DNA of 27,646 nucleotides, taken from an uncultured Dehalococcoidia bacterium (GTDB lineage: Bacteria > Chloroflexota > Dehalococcoidia > UBA6926). The stretch is from assembly GCA_964537445.1 (NCBI GenBank), contig CAZIBZ010000158.1:1-27646 (forward strand), in the 5' to 3' direction. The notes under the pieces are model-generated. The model saw only the letters and a list, made by a program, of their open reading frames with translations, searched no databases and was not told where the DNA came from. Shown one piece after another: positions 1 through 8,956 of this stretch. The translations under genes and the position numbers were made by a program. The first letter of the stretch is position 1, and the number at the start of each line of letters is the position of its first letter.

Positions 1-160
1 GCCTGCTTGAAACCTATCCGCTTGAACCTGCCGGAGCGCCTTAGGGAGAACGACAGATTGTCTCTCCCTGAGTGCGAAGAGTGCTAATTGAGGGGTCTCA
101 CCTTTCGCATCTAACGCCCATCCCTGCACTCGAAGATCGGCCCCCTTCCCAAGGATCGCC
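1..160 (-). ncRNA. Candidate rod-shaped ncRNA, 6S (SsrS)-like; 3' end runs off the window edge
   Basis: Nested long-range pairings: 6-12/147-153, 18-20/138-140, 21-26/129-135, 29-31/126-128, 34-38/115-119, 41-44/111-114, capped by hairpins at 45-67 and 73-109. Four positions are G-U pairs on the minus strand but A-C mismatches on the plus strand. The minus strand carries GGUUCAAG, a 6S-type 3'-strand motif. Confidence 0.4.
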
Positions 161-182
161 TGAATCCCGGCCAAGAGCCGTC

Positions 183-188
183 TACAAT
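183..188 (+). promoter_or_regulatory. Putative -10 element (TACAAT) for the hydrolase gene
   Basis: TACAAT lies 26 nt upstream of ATG 215; AAGGGGG SD-like sequence downstream; weak -35 (CTGAAT) at 17 bp spacing. Confidence 0.4.
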
Positions 189-214
189 CCCCTCAACCAC
201 AAGGGGGTATCGCG

Positions 215-916
215 ATGCAGCTCATATGGGTTCACGGCTCGGCAGACACGGCGGATAGCTTCTACCACCAGACGCGCCGCTTCCCCGGCTCGGACGCGAT
301 CAACCTCCCCGGCCACCCCGCGGACAACGGCACACCCAGCGGCAGCGCCGGGGAATACGCCGAGTGGCTCCGCGGCTACATCGCCGGCAAGGGGTACACC
401 GACGTTGTTCTGGCTGGCCACTCTCTCGGTGGCGGAATCGTCCTTACGTACGCGCTCAAGTACCCGGACGAGGTCAAGGCGGTCATCCCGCTCGGGTCCG
501 GCCCCTACTTCCACATCGACCCCGAGCAGCAGGACAACCTCCGCCGTGCCGCACTCGGCGACAAAGCGGCCTACGACGAATGGATGAGCCAGCAGGCGCC
601 CCGTGATGGTCTCCCGGCGGACGTCGCTGAAAGGGATCTCAGGGACCGGATCGAAATGGGCCCCGCGGTCATCCATCACGACCTCGACTGCTGCCATCGT
701 TACAACATCGTCAACCGGCTCCACGAGATCCGGGTTCCGGTCCTGGCGGTCGCCGCTACCGGAGACCCCTACTGCCCGCCGGCCGACTCACAGCGACTCG
801 CGGACAACATCCCAAACGCGAGGACCGTCGTTGTGGACGGCCCAACGCACTGGCTCATGGTCGACCGTGCCGAACCAGTCAACAAAGCGATCGAAGACTT
901 CCTGGCGACCCTTTAG
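215..916 (+). CDS. Alpha/beta-fold hydrolase
   Basis: HG oxyanion motif (WVHGSA), nucleophile elbow GHSLGG, acid (TGDPYCP) and His (GPTHWLM); 233 aa with SD. Stop overlaps the rpe stop by 4 bp. Confidence 0.9.
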   Translation: MQLIWVHGSADTADSFYHQTRRFPGSDAINLPGHPADNGTPSGSAGEYAEWLRGYIAGKGYTDVVLAGHSLGGGIVLTYALKYPDEVKAVIPLGSGPYFHIDPEQQDNLRRAALGDKAAYDEWMSQQAPRDGLPADVAERDLRDRIEMGPAVIHHDLDCCHRYNIVNRLHEIRVPVLAVAATGDPYCPPADSQRLADNIPNARTVVVDGPTHWLMVDRAEPVNKAIEDFLATL

Positions 917-1605
917 CTCGCGATTGAACTGGCCGCCCCGCGTATCGTCTCGATCCGTTCTGCGACCGGCGCAGCCCGGCCAAATACCGCTGACCCCGCT
1001 ACGAGCACGTCGGCACCAGCCGAGGCCGCACGCGGAGCCGTCTCCTCGTCGATCCCGCCGTCCATCTCCAGCTCCGTAGCGAGCCCCCGCTCGTCGATCA
1101 ACCGGCGCAGCGCCACAACCTTCCCCTCGACCTCGGCCATGTACTTCTGACCTGACCAGCCCGGGATCACGCTCATCACCAGCGCTAGGTCGATATCGCC
1201 AAGCAACGGCAGCAACACGTCCACGGATGTGTCCGGCCGGATCGCCACCCCAACCCTCGCGCCGTGCGCCTTCACCCCCGAAACGGTCCCGGCGAGGTCT
1301 TCGCAAGCCTCCGCATGAACTACCAGCAGGTCCGCACCCGCATCCACTAGTTCCGGCACCAGCCTCGACGGTTCGTGGATCATCAGGTGGACGTCCAACG
1401 GGACCCGGCCCGCATGCCGCTTGATCGCCTCCACCATGTGCGCCCCGAACGTGATCGGCGGCACGAACCGCCCGTCCATCACGTCGACGTGGATGTAGTC
1501 GGCCGCGCCGTCCACGACCTCCGCGACCTGCTCCCCCATCCGCGCGAAGTCGGCGGACAGGATCGACGGTGCGATCTTCACCAACCGAGGTTCATGCCCC
1601 ATCAT
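913..1605 (-). CDS. rpe: Ribulose-phosphate 3-epimerase
   Basis: IAPSILSADF, HVDVMDGRFVP, DVHLMI, MSVIPGWSGQ, MDGGI, VAGSAVF motifs. Start could be 1605 or 1602. Confidence 0.96.
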   Translation of the reverse strand: MMGHEPRLVKIAPSILSADFARMGEQVAEVVDGAADYIHVDVMDGRFVPPITFGAHMVEAIKRHAGRVPLDVHLMIHEPSRLVPELVDAGADLLVVHAEACEDLAGTVSGVKAHGARVGVAIRPDTSVDVLLPLLGDIDLALVMSVIPGWSGQKYMAEVEGKVVALRRLIDERGLATELEMDGGIDEETAPRAASAGADVLVAGSAVFGRAAPVAERIETIRGAASSIAS

Positions 1606-1609
1606 GGGG

Positions 1610-2965
1610 TCACTCCGAGTTCAACCGCGCCCGTGCTTCTTCGACCGCCGCTCGCACACGGTCCGGGTTCGTCCCGCCGGGCACGTCCCGAGCCCTCATC
1701 GCCGTCTCGGCGGTGATCTCCAACACGTCCAACTCGAACAGCGACGACGCCCGTCGGTAGTCATCGATCGTGAGGTCGGAAAGCGATCGTCCCGCCGAGA
1801 TTGTGTCGTCAACCAGCGTCCGCACGGCTCCATGCGCCTCGCGAAACGGCGCGCCCTTCTTCGCCAGGTAGTCGGCAAGCTCGGTCGCAAGCAGGAATCC
1901 ACCCGTCGACGCATCCAGCATCCGGTCGACCCGAAACGTCAGTCCTCGGACCATTCCGGCCATCACGCCCAGGCTCGAGTGGAAGGTATCGACAGTGTCG
2001 AACAGCCCTTCCTTGTCCTCCTGAAGGTCCCGGTTGTAAGCGAGCGGGAGCCCTTTCAAAGTCGTCAGCATCGCGACCAGGTGCCCGTGAACGCGGCCCG
2101 TCTTGCCACGTACCAGTTCAGCCGCGTCGGGGTTCCGTTTCTGCGGCATGATGCTGGACCCCGATGCGTAGTCCATCGACACTTCGACGAACCCGAATTC
2201 CTCCGACGACCAGACCACAACCTCTTCCGCCAGCCTCGAAAGGTGCACCATCGTCAACGACGCCGCGGCCTCGAATTCCACGATGAAGTCGCGGTCCGAG
2301 ACCGCATCAATGCTGTTCCTGCTCGGTCCCCCCGCGAACCCGAGGTCCCGCGCCAGCGCCTCGCGGTCGATCGGATACGCGGTCCCGGCTAACGCCGCGC
2401 TCCCAAGTGGCATCACATCCACGCGTGCAAGACCGTCCCGGAACCGTGCCGCATCTCGGACCGCGGCCTCCTCATGTGCCAGCAGGTGGTGTGCCAGCAA
2501 GACAGGCTGCGCACGCTGCAGGTGCGTGTACCCCGGCATCAACGTTCCGATATGCCCTGCCGCTTGGTCGACCAGCGCGTTCCGGTATGCAGCCAGACCA
2601 TCGATGACGCCATCGATTGCGTCCTTCACGAACAGGCGAACGTCGAGCGCCACCTGGTCGTTCCGAGAGCGTCCCGTGTGCAGCTTCCCACCAAGGGGCC
2701 CGATCAGTTCTGTCAGTCGGCGTTCCACGTTGAAATGGATGTCTTCCAGCTCCGGCCGGAACGGGAACGTCCCCGCCTCGAGTTCTCCGGAGACCTGCCT
2801 CAAACCGCTGGTAACCCGTTCGACCTCATCGGTCGACAGCACGCCCGCGGTGCCCAGTGCCCGGGCCCACGCCTCTGACCCATGCACGTCGTACACCGCC
2901 AGTCGACGGTCGAACGCCAGCGAGGCGAAATAGGCGGCAGGGTCGCCGTTCGGTGTTGAAGTCAT
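1610..2965 (-). CDS. argH: Argininosuccinate lyase
   Basis: EDIH, LHTGRSRNDQVA, PGYTHLQRAQP, GSSIMPQKRNPD, YNRDLQEDKE. Start set to ATG 2965 (GGAG upstream); the longer ORF overlaps argG. Confidence 0.96.
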   Translation of the reverse strand: MTSTPNGDPAAYFASLAFDRRLAVYDVHGSEAWARALGTAGVLSTDEVERVTSGLRQVSGELEAGTFPFRPELEDIHFNVERRLTELIGPLGGKLHTGRSRNDQVALDVRLFVKDAIDGVIDGLAAYRNALVDQAAGHIGTLMPGYTHLQRAQPVLLAHHLLAHEEAAVRDAARFRDGLARVDVMPLGSAALAGTAYPIDREALARDLGFAGGPSRNSIDAVSDRDFIVEFEAAASLTMVHLSRLAEEVVVWSSEEFGFVEVSMDYASGSSIMPQKRNPDAAELVRGKTGRVHGHLVAMLTTLKGLPLAYNRDLQEDKEGLFDTVDTFHSSLGVMAGMVRGLTFRVDRMLDASTGGFLLATELADYLAKKGAPFREAHGAVRTLVDDTISAGRSLSDLTIDDYRRASSLFELDVLEITAETAMRARDVPGGTNPDRVRAAVEEARARLNSE

Positions 2966-3032
2966 TGTTCGCGGTACTCCGACCACGAGCGTACCGCGAA
3001 GCAGGGTTCTGGGCGAGAGGCGCCTGAGACGG

Positions 3033-4232
3033 CTACTCCGGGCTCCCCTGGATTTGCACCTGTGTCCGGATCGGCAGGCCCCAGAGGTGGATGAACCCCG
3101 GCGACGCCGACTGGTCGAACAGATCACCGGTCCCGTACGTCGCCAACTCCGTCGCGTAGAGAGAAAGATCGCTCTGCCGACCGACGACGGTCGCCTGCCC
3201 CTTGTGCAGCTTGACCCGCGCGGTGCCGGTGACGAACCGTTGGCTGCTCTCGACGAACGCTTGCAGGTCTTCGCGAAGGCGACTGAACCACAGCCCGTCG
3301 TACACGAGCTGCGAGTACTCGCGCGCGATCACGTCCTTGAACCGTATCTGGTCCTTCGTCAGCACCATGCCCTCGATCGCCCGATGCGCCGCGATCAGCA
3401 CCGTCGCCGCCGGCGCCTCGTAGATCTCTCGTGACTTGATCCCCACCAACCGGTCTTCGATGTGGTCGACCCGACCCACACCGTGCGCTCCCGCCACCGT
3501 CGACAGGTATGCCACCAGCGCGACCGGGCTCATCTCCGCGCCATCGATCGCCACAGGCACCCCGGCCTCGAACCTGACTTCCACGTACCGCGGCTCGTCG
3601 GGAGCCTCGGTCGGCGACTTCGTCCACTCGAACACGTCGGCGGGCGCCTCGTTCCACGGGTCTTCGAGCACTCCGGCTTCGATTGACCGCCCCCACAGGT
3701 TGTCATCCGTGGAATACGGCTTCGCGAGCGTCGAGGGCACGGGGATCGCGAATTGCTTCGCGTAGGCGATCTCCTCCTCCCGTGTCATCCCCCATTCACG
3801 GGCCGGCGCCACCACCTTGAGGTCCGGCGCCAACGCACCGACCGACACGTCGAGCCGTACCTGGTCATTCCCCTTGCCCGTGCAACCGTGCGCAACGGCG
3901 GAGGCTCCCTCACGGCGCGCAGCTTCGACCATCAATCGCGCGATCAGCGGCCGCCCCAACGCGGTCGCCAGCGGATAGACCCCCTGGTACATCGCGTTGG
4001 CCTTCAACGCTGGATAGGCGAAATCGCTCAGGAACTCTTCGCGGACGTCCGCGACGTGTGCCCCCACGGCCCCCGCGTCCATCGCCCGTTGCCGGATCGA
4101 TTCAAGATCGTCGACGTTCCCCAGGTCCGCCGTAAGCGTGATCACGTCGTAGCCATACCGCTCTTTGATCCACCGAACCGCTACCGACGTGTCCAGGCCT
4201 CCGCTGTAAGCCAGGATCAGTTTCTCCGCCAT
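3033..4232 (-). CDS. argG: Argininosuccinate synthase
   Basis: LAYSGGLDTS, YPLATALGRP, HGCTGKGNDQVR, YSTDDNLWGRSIE, ENRLVG-like EDRLVGIKSREIYEAP. Confidence 0.98.
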   Translation of the reverse strand: MAEKLILAYSGGLDTSVAVRWIKERYGYDVITLTADLGNVDDLESIRQRAMDAGAVGAHVADVREEFLSDFAYPALKANAMYQGVYPLATALGRPLIARLMVEAARREGASAVAHGCTGKGNDQVRLDVSVGALAPDLKVVAPAREWGMTREEEIAYAKQFAIPVPSTLAKPYSTDDNLWGRSIEAGVLEDPWNEAPADVFEWTKSPTEAPDEPRYVEVRFEAGVPVAIDGAEMSPVALVAYLSTVAGAHGVGRVDHIEDRLVGIKSREIYEAPAATVLIAAHRAIEGMVLTKDQIRFKDVIAREYSQLVYDGLWFSRLREDLQAFVESSQRFVTGTARVKLHKGQATVVGRQSDLSLYATELATYGTGDLFDQSASPGFIHLWGLPIRTQVQIQGSPE

Positions 4233-4271
4233 GTGTACTCCCCGCTGGTTTCAGCTTCGAAAACTGGTTCG

Positions 4272-4280
4272 ATTCTAGCA
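4272..4280 (-). promoter_or_regulatory. Putative extended -10 promoter (TGcTAGAAT) for argG-argH-rpe
   Basis: Minus strand TGCTAGAAT about 40 nt upstream of the argG ATG; no good -35. Confidence 0.5.
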
Positions 4281-4382
4281 ACGAGATAGCCGATTGCCCT
4301 CGCCGAGGAACCCGTACTACGCTTCGACCCGCAGGCTCGGGACCGCTCTTGAAAACCTACGCCCGAACGCCTCGGAGGATCC

Positions 4383-4856
4383 GTGGTGAAGAGCTCAGCA
4401 ACGACGGTCGAGGAATACCTCTCCGAGTTACCCGATGACCGACGAGAAGAGGTCGCTCGAGTCCGGCAGGTAGTCGTGGACAATCTCCCCTCAGGGTACG
4501 AGGGGGTGATGCAGTACGGGATGATCGAGTACGCGGTCCCGTTGGAGCGCTACCCCAACACGTACAACGGGGAGCCGCTCGGATATGCGGCCCTCGCGGC
4601 GCAGAAACGCTACATATCGCTGTATCTAATGAACGTGTACGGCGCCCCCGATTCGGAGGAGTGGTTTACGAAGCGGTACCTCGCCAGCGGCAAGAAGCTC
4701 GATATGGGAAAGTCCTGTGTCCACTTCAAGCGCGCGGACGACCTACCGCTCGACCTCATTGCCGAGACCATCGCCAGAACGCCACCCGAAGAGTTCATCG
4801 CGACCTACGAAGCGAGTTTGGCCGCGCGCCGGACCAAACCCCGGAAAAGGGGCTAA
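4383..4856 (+). CDS. DUF1801 (YdhG-like) domain protein
   Basis: TVEEYLSELPDDRR, YGMIEY, YNGEPLGYAALAAQKRYISLY, LDMGKSCVHFK pattern; GGAGG SD before the GTG. Stop overlaps the argD stop by 4 bp. Confidence 0.85.
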   Translation: MVKSSATTVEEYLSELPDDRREEVARVRQVVVDNLPSGYEGVMQYGMIEYAVPLERYPNTYNGEPLGYAALAAQKRYISLYLMNVYGAPDSEEWFTKRYLASGKKLDMGKSCVHFKRADDLPLDLIAETIARTPPEEFIATYEASLAARRTKPRKRG

Positions 4857-6058
4857 CCCTTCACCACTGCCGCGATCGCCGCTTCCAGGATGTCGGTCCC
4901 CCGGTCGATCTCGTCGTCGGTGATGACCAACGGCGGCATCAACCGGATCGCGTTCGGCCGCACGCGGTTCACCAGCATCCCCCGCTCCAGGCACGCGGTC
5001 AAAACGTCGCCCGCGATCTCGTCGCTGAACTCGATCGCGTCCAGCAGGCCCATGCCGCGGACCTCGCGCACCGAGTCCTGGCGGTCTGCAATGGCTTGCA
5101 TCCGACCCCGCAGTCGCTCGCCCGCGAGATGTGCCTTTCCAGGGATGTCTTCCGCCAGGGAGGTCTGCATCACGGCGCGTCCCGCGGCACAGGCCAGCGG
5201 GTTCCCGCCATAGGTGGAACCGTGGTCCCCAAACGTCAGTGAGTCAGCCTTGTCCTTCACTAGGAACGCCCCGATCGGCACACCCCCGCCGAGTCCTTTC
5301 GCCAATGACATCACGTCTGGTTCCACATCGAACGACTGGTACCCGAACAGGGTTCCCAGCCGGCCGACACCCGTCTGGACCTCATCGAACATCAGGAGCA
5401 GGTTGTTGGCGTCGCACCACTCCCGGACCTGCCGGAGGTAGTTGAGGGAAGGGATGTTCACGCCACCCTCTCCCTGCACGGGTTCCAGCAACACCGCGGC
5501 GGTCCGCTCCGTCGTAGCATCGACGATCGCGTCGATGCTATCGAAAGGCACGTGCACGAACCCCGGCGTCAGGGGTGTGAACGCCTCCTGGTAGTGCGGC
5601 TGCCCGGTCGCCGAGAGTGTTCCCATCGTCCGGCCGTGGAACGACTCCAGGGCCGTGATGACCTCGTACGCGCCGTCCCGGTGGAGCTTCCCGTACCGGC
5701 GGGCGACCTTGATCGCCCCCTCGACCGCCTCCGCGCCGCTGTTACAGAAGAACACCCGGTCCATGCAGCTGTTGTCGATCAGCAGTTGGGCGAGTTCCAC
5801 CTGCGGCACGGTGAAGAACGCATTGGAAACTTGGATCAGCGTCCGCGCCTGCTCGGCCACCGCCTCCGCGAGCACGGGATGGGAATGCCCCAACGTCGCC
5901 GTGGCCCACCCGCCCACGAAGTCCAGGTACTCCCGATCCTGGTCGTCCCAGACCGTGCTGCCCTCGCCCCGCACCAGCGTCACCGGGACGCGGCGGACCG
6001 TCTGCATGTAGTACTGGGACTCGATCTCCTGCCAGTTCGTCGCACCGCTCGTCGTCAT
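4853..6058 (-). CDS. argD: Acetylornithine aminotransferase (class III PLP)
   Basis: FFCNSGAEAVE, SFHGRT, EPVQGEGG, FDEVQTGVGR, AKGLGGG, HGSTYGGNPLA; arg context. Confidence 0.93.
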   Translation of the reverse strand: MTTSGATNWQEIESQYYMQTVRRVPVTLVRGEGSTVWDDQDREYLDFVGGWATATLGHSHPVLAEAVAEQARTLIQVSNAFFTVPQVELAQLLIDNSCMDRVFFCNSGAEAVEGAIKVARRYGKLHRDGAYEVITALESFHGRTMGTLSATGQPHYQEAFTPLTPGFVHVPFDSIDAIVDATTERTAAVLLEPVQGEGGVNIPSLNYLRQVREWCDANNLLLMFDEVQTGVGRLGTLFGYQSFDVEPDVMSLAKGLGGGVPIGAFLVKDKADSLTFGDHGSTYGGNPLACAAGRAVMQTSLAEDIPGKAHLAGERLRGRMQAIADRQDSVREVRGMGLLDAIEFSDEIAGDVLTACLERGMLVNRVRPNAIRLMPPLVITDDEIDRGTDILEAAIAAVVKG

Positions 6059-6163
6059 AGTTCCCCCGCGGGACGATCCGTCCCGGCTGTCATCTCGATC
6101 CCACCGCCCGTCTGAACGCTTCAGCGCGCGCGGTTTTCTCTACGGCGTGCTGGCTCGATTCCG

Positions 6164-8935
6164 TCAACCGCTGGTTGGCGTCGGCGTCGGCGTCGTGATC
6201 ACCGGGATGTCCGGTTGTAACGCCTCACGCAGCCGACCCGAAAGGGCGTCCAGTTCGGCTTGAAGATCAGCGAGTGTTTCTTGGATCCGGCTGAAGTCAG
6301 TTTCCACTTGCTCCGCGAGTGAAGCATCCGGGTCTGTGGGGGTCCCTCCCGGACTAAGATCCGGCAGGCCTCCTCCGGTGTCGCCGCGCACCAGCGCCAC
6401 GAGTGCCGCCTCGAGCGTTTCTTCCATCACCGGGTCTCCGCCCTGGGTTGCCAGGATTACCCGAGTCAACTGTGGATACGCCAGCGCGTCCGCTTGCAGG
6501 TACAGCGGTTCGGCGTACAGGATCGTGTCTCCTACCGGTATCACCAGCAGGTTCCCCCGCAGTACTCGGGAGCCTGCAGCGCTCCAAAGTGTGAACTGCT
6601 GCGAGATCTCTGGGTCGATATTGATCTGGGCCTCCACCTGCTGCACTCCATCGACTTGCCGGTCCTTGGGGAACGTGAACGCGATCAGGTTCCCGTAATT
6701 CGGCGCGTCGTTCCTGGCCGCGAGCCAGCCGACTAGGTTCGGCTTGTTCGCCGGCGTGAATGGAAGGATCAGGACGAACTCCTCTTTCTCCTCCCCGGGC
6801 AGCTTCATGATCACGTAGTAGGGCTCCATCAACTGTGAGTCCTCGAAGAACAGCTCGCTCGGTACCTGCCAGAGGTCCTCCTGGTTGTAGAACACTTGGG
6901 GGACCGTCATGTGGAACTTCAGGTACTTTCGGGCCTGGATGACGAAGAAGTCCTCCGGATACCGGATGTGTTCGAGGAGCGCCGGGGGCATCTGGTCCAG
7001 CGATTTGAACAGCTCCGGGAACACCGCCGCATACGTGTTGACGATGCCGTCCGTGGGGTCGGTCACGTACAGGTCCATCGACCCGTCGTACGCGTCAATC
7101 ACCACCTTCACGCTGTTGCGGATGTAGTTGAAACCCTCCGGCGTCGGCTCCGAATACGGGAAGCGGTCACTCGTCGTGTAGGCGTCCTGGATCCAAAGCA
7201 ACTTGCCGTCAACGGCCACGACGTACGGGTCTCGGTCCAACTCCAGGAACGGAGCGAGGTGCCTGACACGGTCCTGGATGTTCCGGAAGTAGAGAATCTT
7301 GCTGTCGGAGTTCACCTCACCTGTGATGAAGATGTTCACGTCCGTGAAACGCCAGGCGAACAGGAGCCGACGCAGGAACCCGGAGATCTTGACGCCGGGT
7401 CCATCGCCGTACGGCCGATACACCGGTTCATCATTCGTCGGGTGATCGAACTCCTGCGTACGCGAGTTCACGATCACCCAGTCGTCGGTAGCCTCTCCGT
7501 AGTAGATCTGTGGACTTTCGACGCCCGGTCCCCCGGCCACGGGCTCCGGCGGGATGTCCTGGACCAGGAATTCCGGCAATCCCTCCGAGGTGAACTCGGT
7601 CACCGGGCTCATCGCGACGCCATAGCCATGTGTGAATTGGAGTTTCCGGTTCACCCAAGTCTGCGCATCCACGTCGAGTTGGCTCTGTACCAACTCCCTG
7701 GCCCCGATCATCACCTGTCGGTACACACCGTCGACGACGTAGCGGTCGATATCGATATCGACGAACGCATACTGCAGCCGGATGAACTGGATCTGGTTGT
7801 AGACATCTCGCAACGGGCGGTGGTCCCAGAGCCGGATGTTGTCGATCGTCCCCGGGTTCTCATTGAGCACTTCTTGGGTCAGCGCTCCGGTCGAATCGAA
7901 CGGCGTCTGCGCGATCCGGTTCAGCGCGAACCCGTTCCGTGTCCCCTCGATCGTCCGCGTGATGTACGGCTGCTCCCGCGCGAATTCGCTCGGAGTCACC
8001 TGGAAGCGCTGGACAAGGCCCGGCACCACGGCGGTACCCAGCGTCAGCACCGCGAACCAGATCCCGATGCCGACGATCGGCAGCACCTGCCCTCGCATAT
8101 ACGTGTTCGCCCCCAGAAGCAGGGCAACTCCGACGCTGAGCGCGATCAGGAGGTTCAACGCCGGCAGGCGGATATTCACGTCCGTGTAGCCCGCTCCGAA
8201 CGCCGCTCCTGACGTCGAGATCATGATTTCCTGCGTGCTCATCCAGTACCCCAACGCCAGCAGCAGGAACAGCACCACGCCCAGCGCACTCAGCTGTGAC
8301 CGCAGTGCGGGCGTCACCGAGAACTGGAACCCACCGATCGCAAAGTTGATCGCGTAGATGCCGAGCACGGCCAACCCATTCACCACAATCGCCCCCAGCA
8401 GCCACCCCTGGAGGAACCGGTAGAACGGCAGCGAGAACACGTAGAACGACATGTCCTTCTTGAAGATCGGGTCCGTCAACCCGAACGCCTCGGAGTTCGT
8501 GAATCGGAGCGCCACCTCCCACTGCCCGGAGGCGGCCGCGCCGAACACCAGCGCCAGCAGGATCGCGCCCGCGACCGTCCCAACCGTCACCAGCCGTCGC
8601 GCCCACGTGAGCGCCTCGGCCGGGATATTCAGTTGCGCTTGCGGCGCCACGCCATGTGGGGAGTACTTCGATGCGAAATACACGTTCACACCGAATATGG
8701 CCAGGAAGACCAGGAATCCCACCACGAACAGCGTGATTCGCGTTGTCAGAATCGTCGTGTAGACGGACAGGTAGCCGAGTTGGTCGAACCACAGCCAGTC
8801 GGTGTAGACCCCCGCGGACACCGCGAAGATGATCCACACTGCAACGATCGCCCCGATCGGGATCGCCCACCGGAGGATCGGTATCCTCGGCGGCTGCGGT
8901 GTCGTGCCTTCTTCGAACTGGTCGATGAAGCTCAT
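6164..8935 (-). CDS. UPF0182 family membrane protein
   Basis: 923 aa; N-terminal TM helices; YTDWLWF, DPIFKKDMSFYVF, NIRLWDHRPL, YTTSDRFPYS, NYIRNSVKVVIDAYDG, RGNLLVIP motifs. Confidence 0.93.
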   Translation of the reverse strand: MSFIDQFEEGTTPQPPRIPILRWAIPIGAIVAVWIIFAVSAGVYTDWLWFDQLGYLSVYTTILTTRITLFVVGFLVFLAIFGVNVYFASKYSPHGVAPQAQLNIPAEALTWARRLVTVGTVAGAILLALVFGAAASGQWEVALRFTNSEAFGLTDPIFKKDMSFYVFSLPFYRFLQGWLLGAIVVNGLAVLGIYAINFAIGGFQFSVTPALRSQLSALGVVLFLLLALGYWMSTQEIMISTSGAAFGAGYTDVNIRLPALNLLIALSVGVALLLGANTYMRGQVLPIVGIGIWFAVLTLGTAVVPGLVQRFQVTPSEFAREQPYITRTIEGTRNGFALNRIAQTPFDSTGALTQEVLNENPGTIDNIRLWDHRPLRDVYNQIQFIRLQYAFVDIDIDRYVVDGVYRQVMIGARELVQSQLDVDAQTWVNRKLQFTHGYGVAMSPVTEFTSEGLPEFLVQDIPPEPVAGGPGVESPQIYYGEATDDWVIVNSRTQEFDHPTNDEPVYRPYGDGPGVKISGFLRRLLFAWRFTDVNIFITGEVNSDSKILYFRNIQDRVRHLAPFLELDRDPYVVAVDGKLLWIQDAYTTSDRFPYSEPTPEGFNYIRNSVKVVIDAYDGSMDLYVTDPTDGIVNTYAAVFPELFKSLDQMPPALLEHIRYPEDFFVIQARKYLKFHMTVPQVFYNQEDLWQVPSELFFEDSQLMEPYYVIMKLPGEEKEEFVLILPFTPANKPNLVGWLAARNDAPNYGNLIAFTFPKDRQVDGVQQVEAQINIDPEISQQFTLWSAAGSRVLRGNLLVIPVGDTILYAEPLYLQADALAYPQLTRVILATQGGDPVMEETLEAALVALVRGDTGGGLPDLSPGGTPTDPDASLAEQVETDFSRIQETLADLQAELDALSGRLREALQPDIPVITTPTPTPTSG

Positions 8936-8956
8936 GGGCCTCGCTCAATCACCATG

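Noticed and set aside
61-90. CIRCE-like GAGTGCTAA (79-87), preceded by GAGTGCGAA
   Set aside because: Only one arm is present; no TTAGCACTC at N9 spacing and no chaperone gene in view.
2966-3127. 54-aa N-terminal extension of the argH ORF
   Set aside because: Overlaps argG, has no ArgH-like sequence, and an SD precedes ATG 2965.
6896-8212. 438-aa antisense ORF, and others such as 9681-11057, 7860-8948, 12562-13515 and 22420-23253
   Set aside because: Shadow ORFs of well-supported genes in GC-rich DNA; R/P/G-rich with no motifs.
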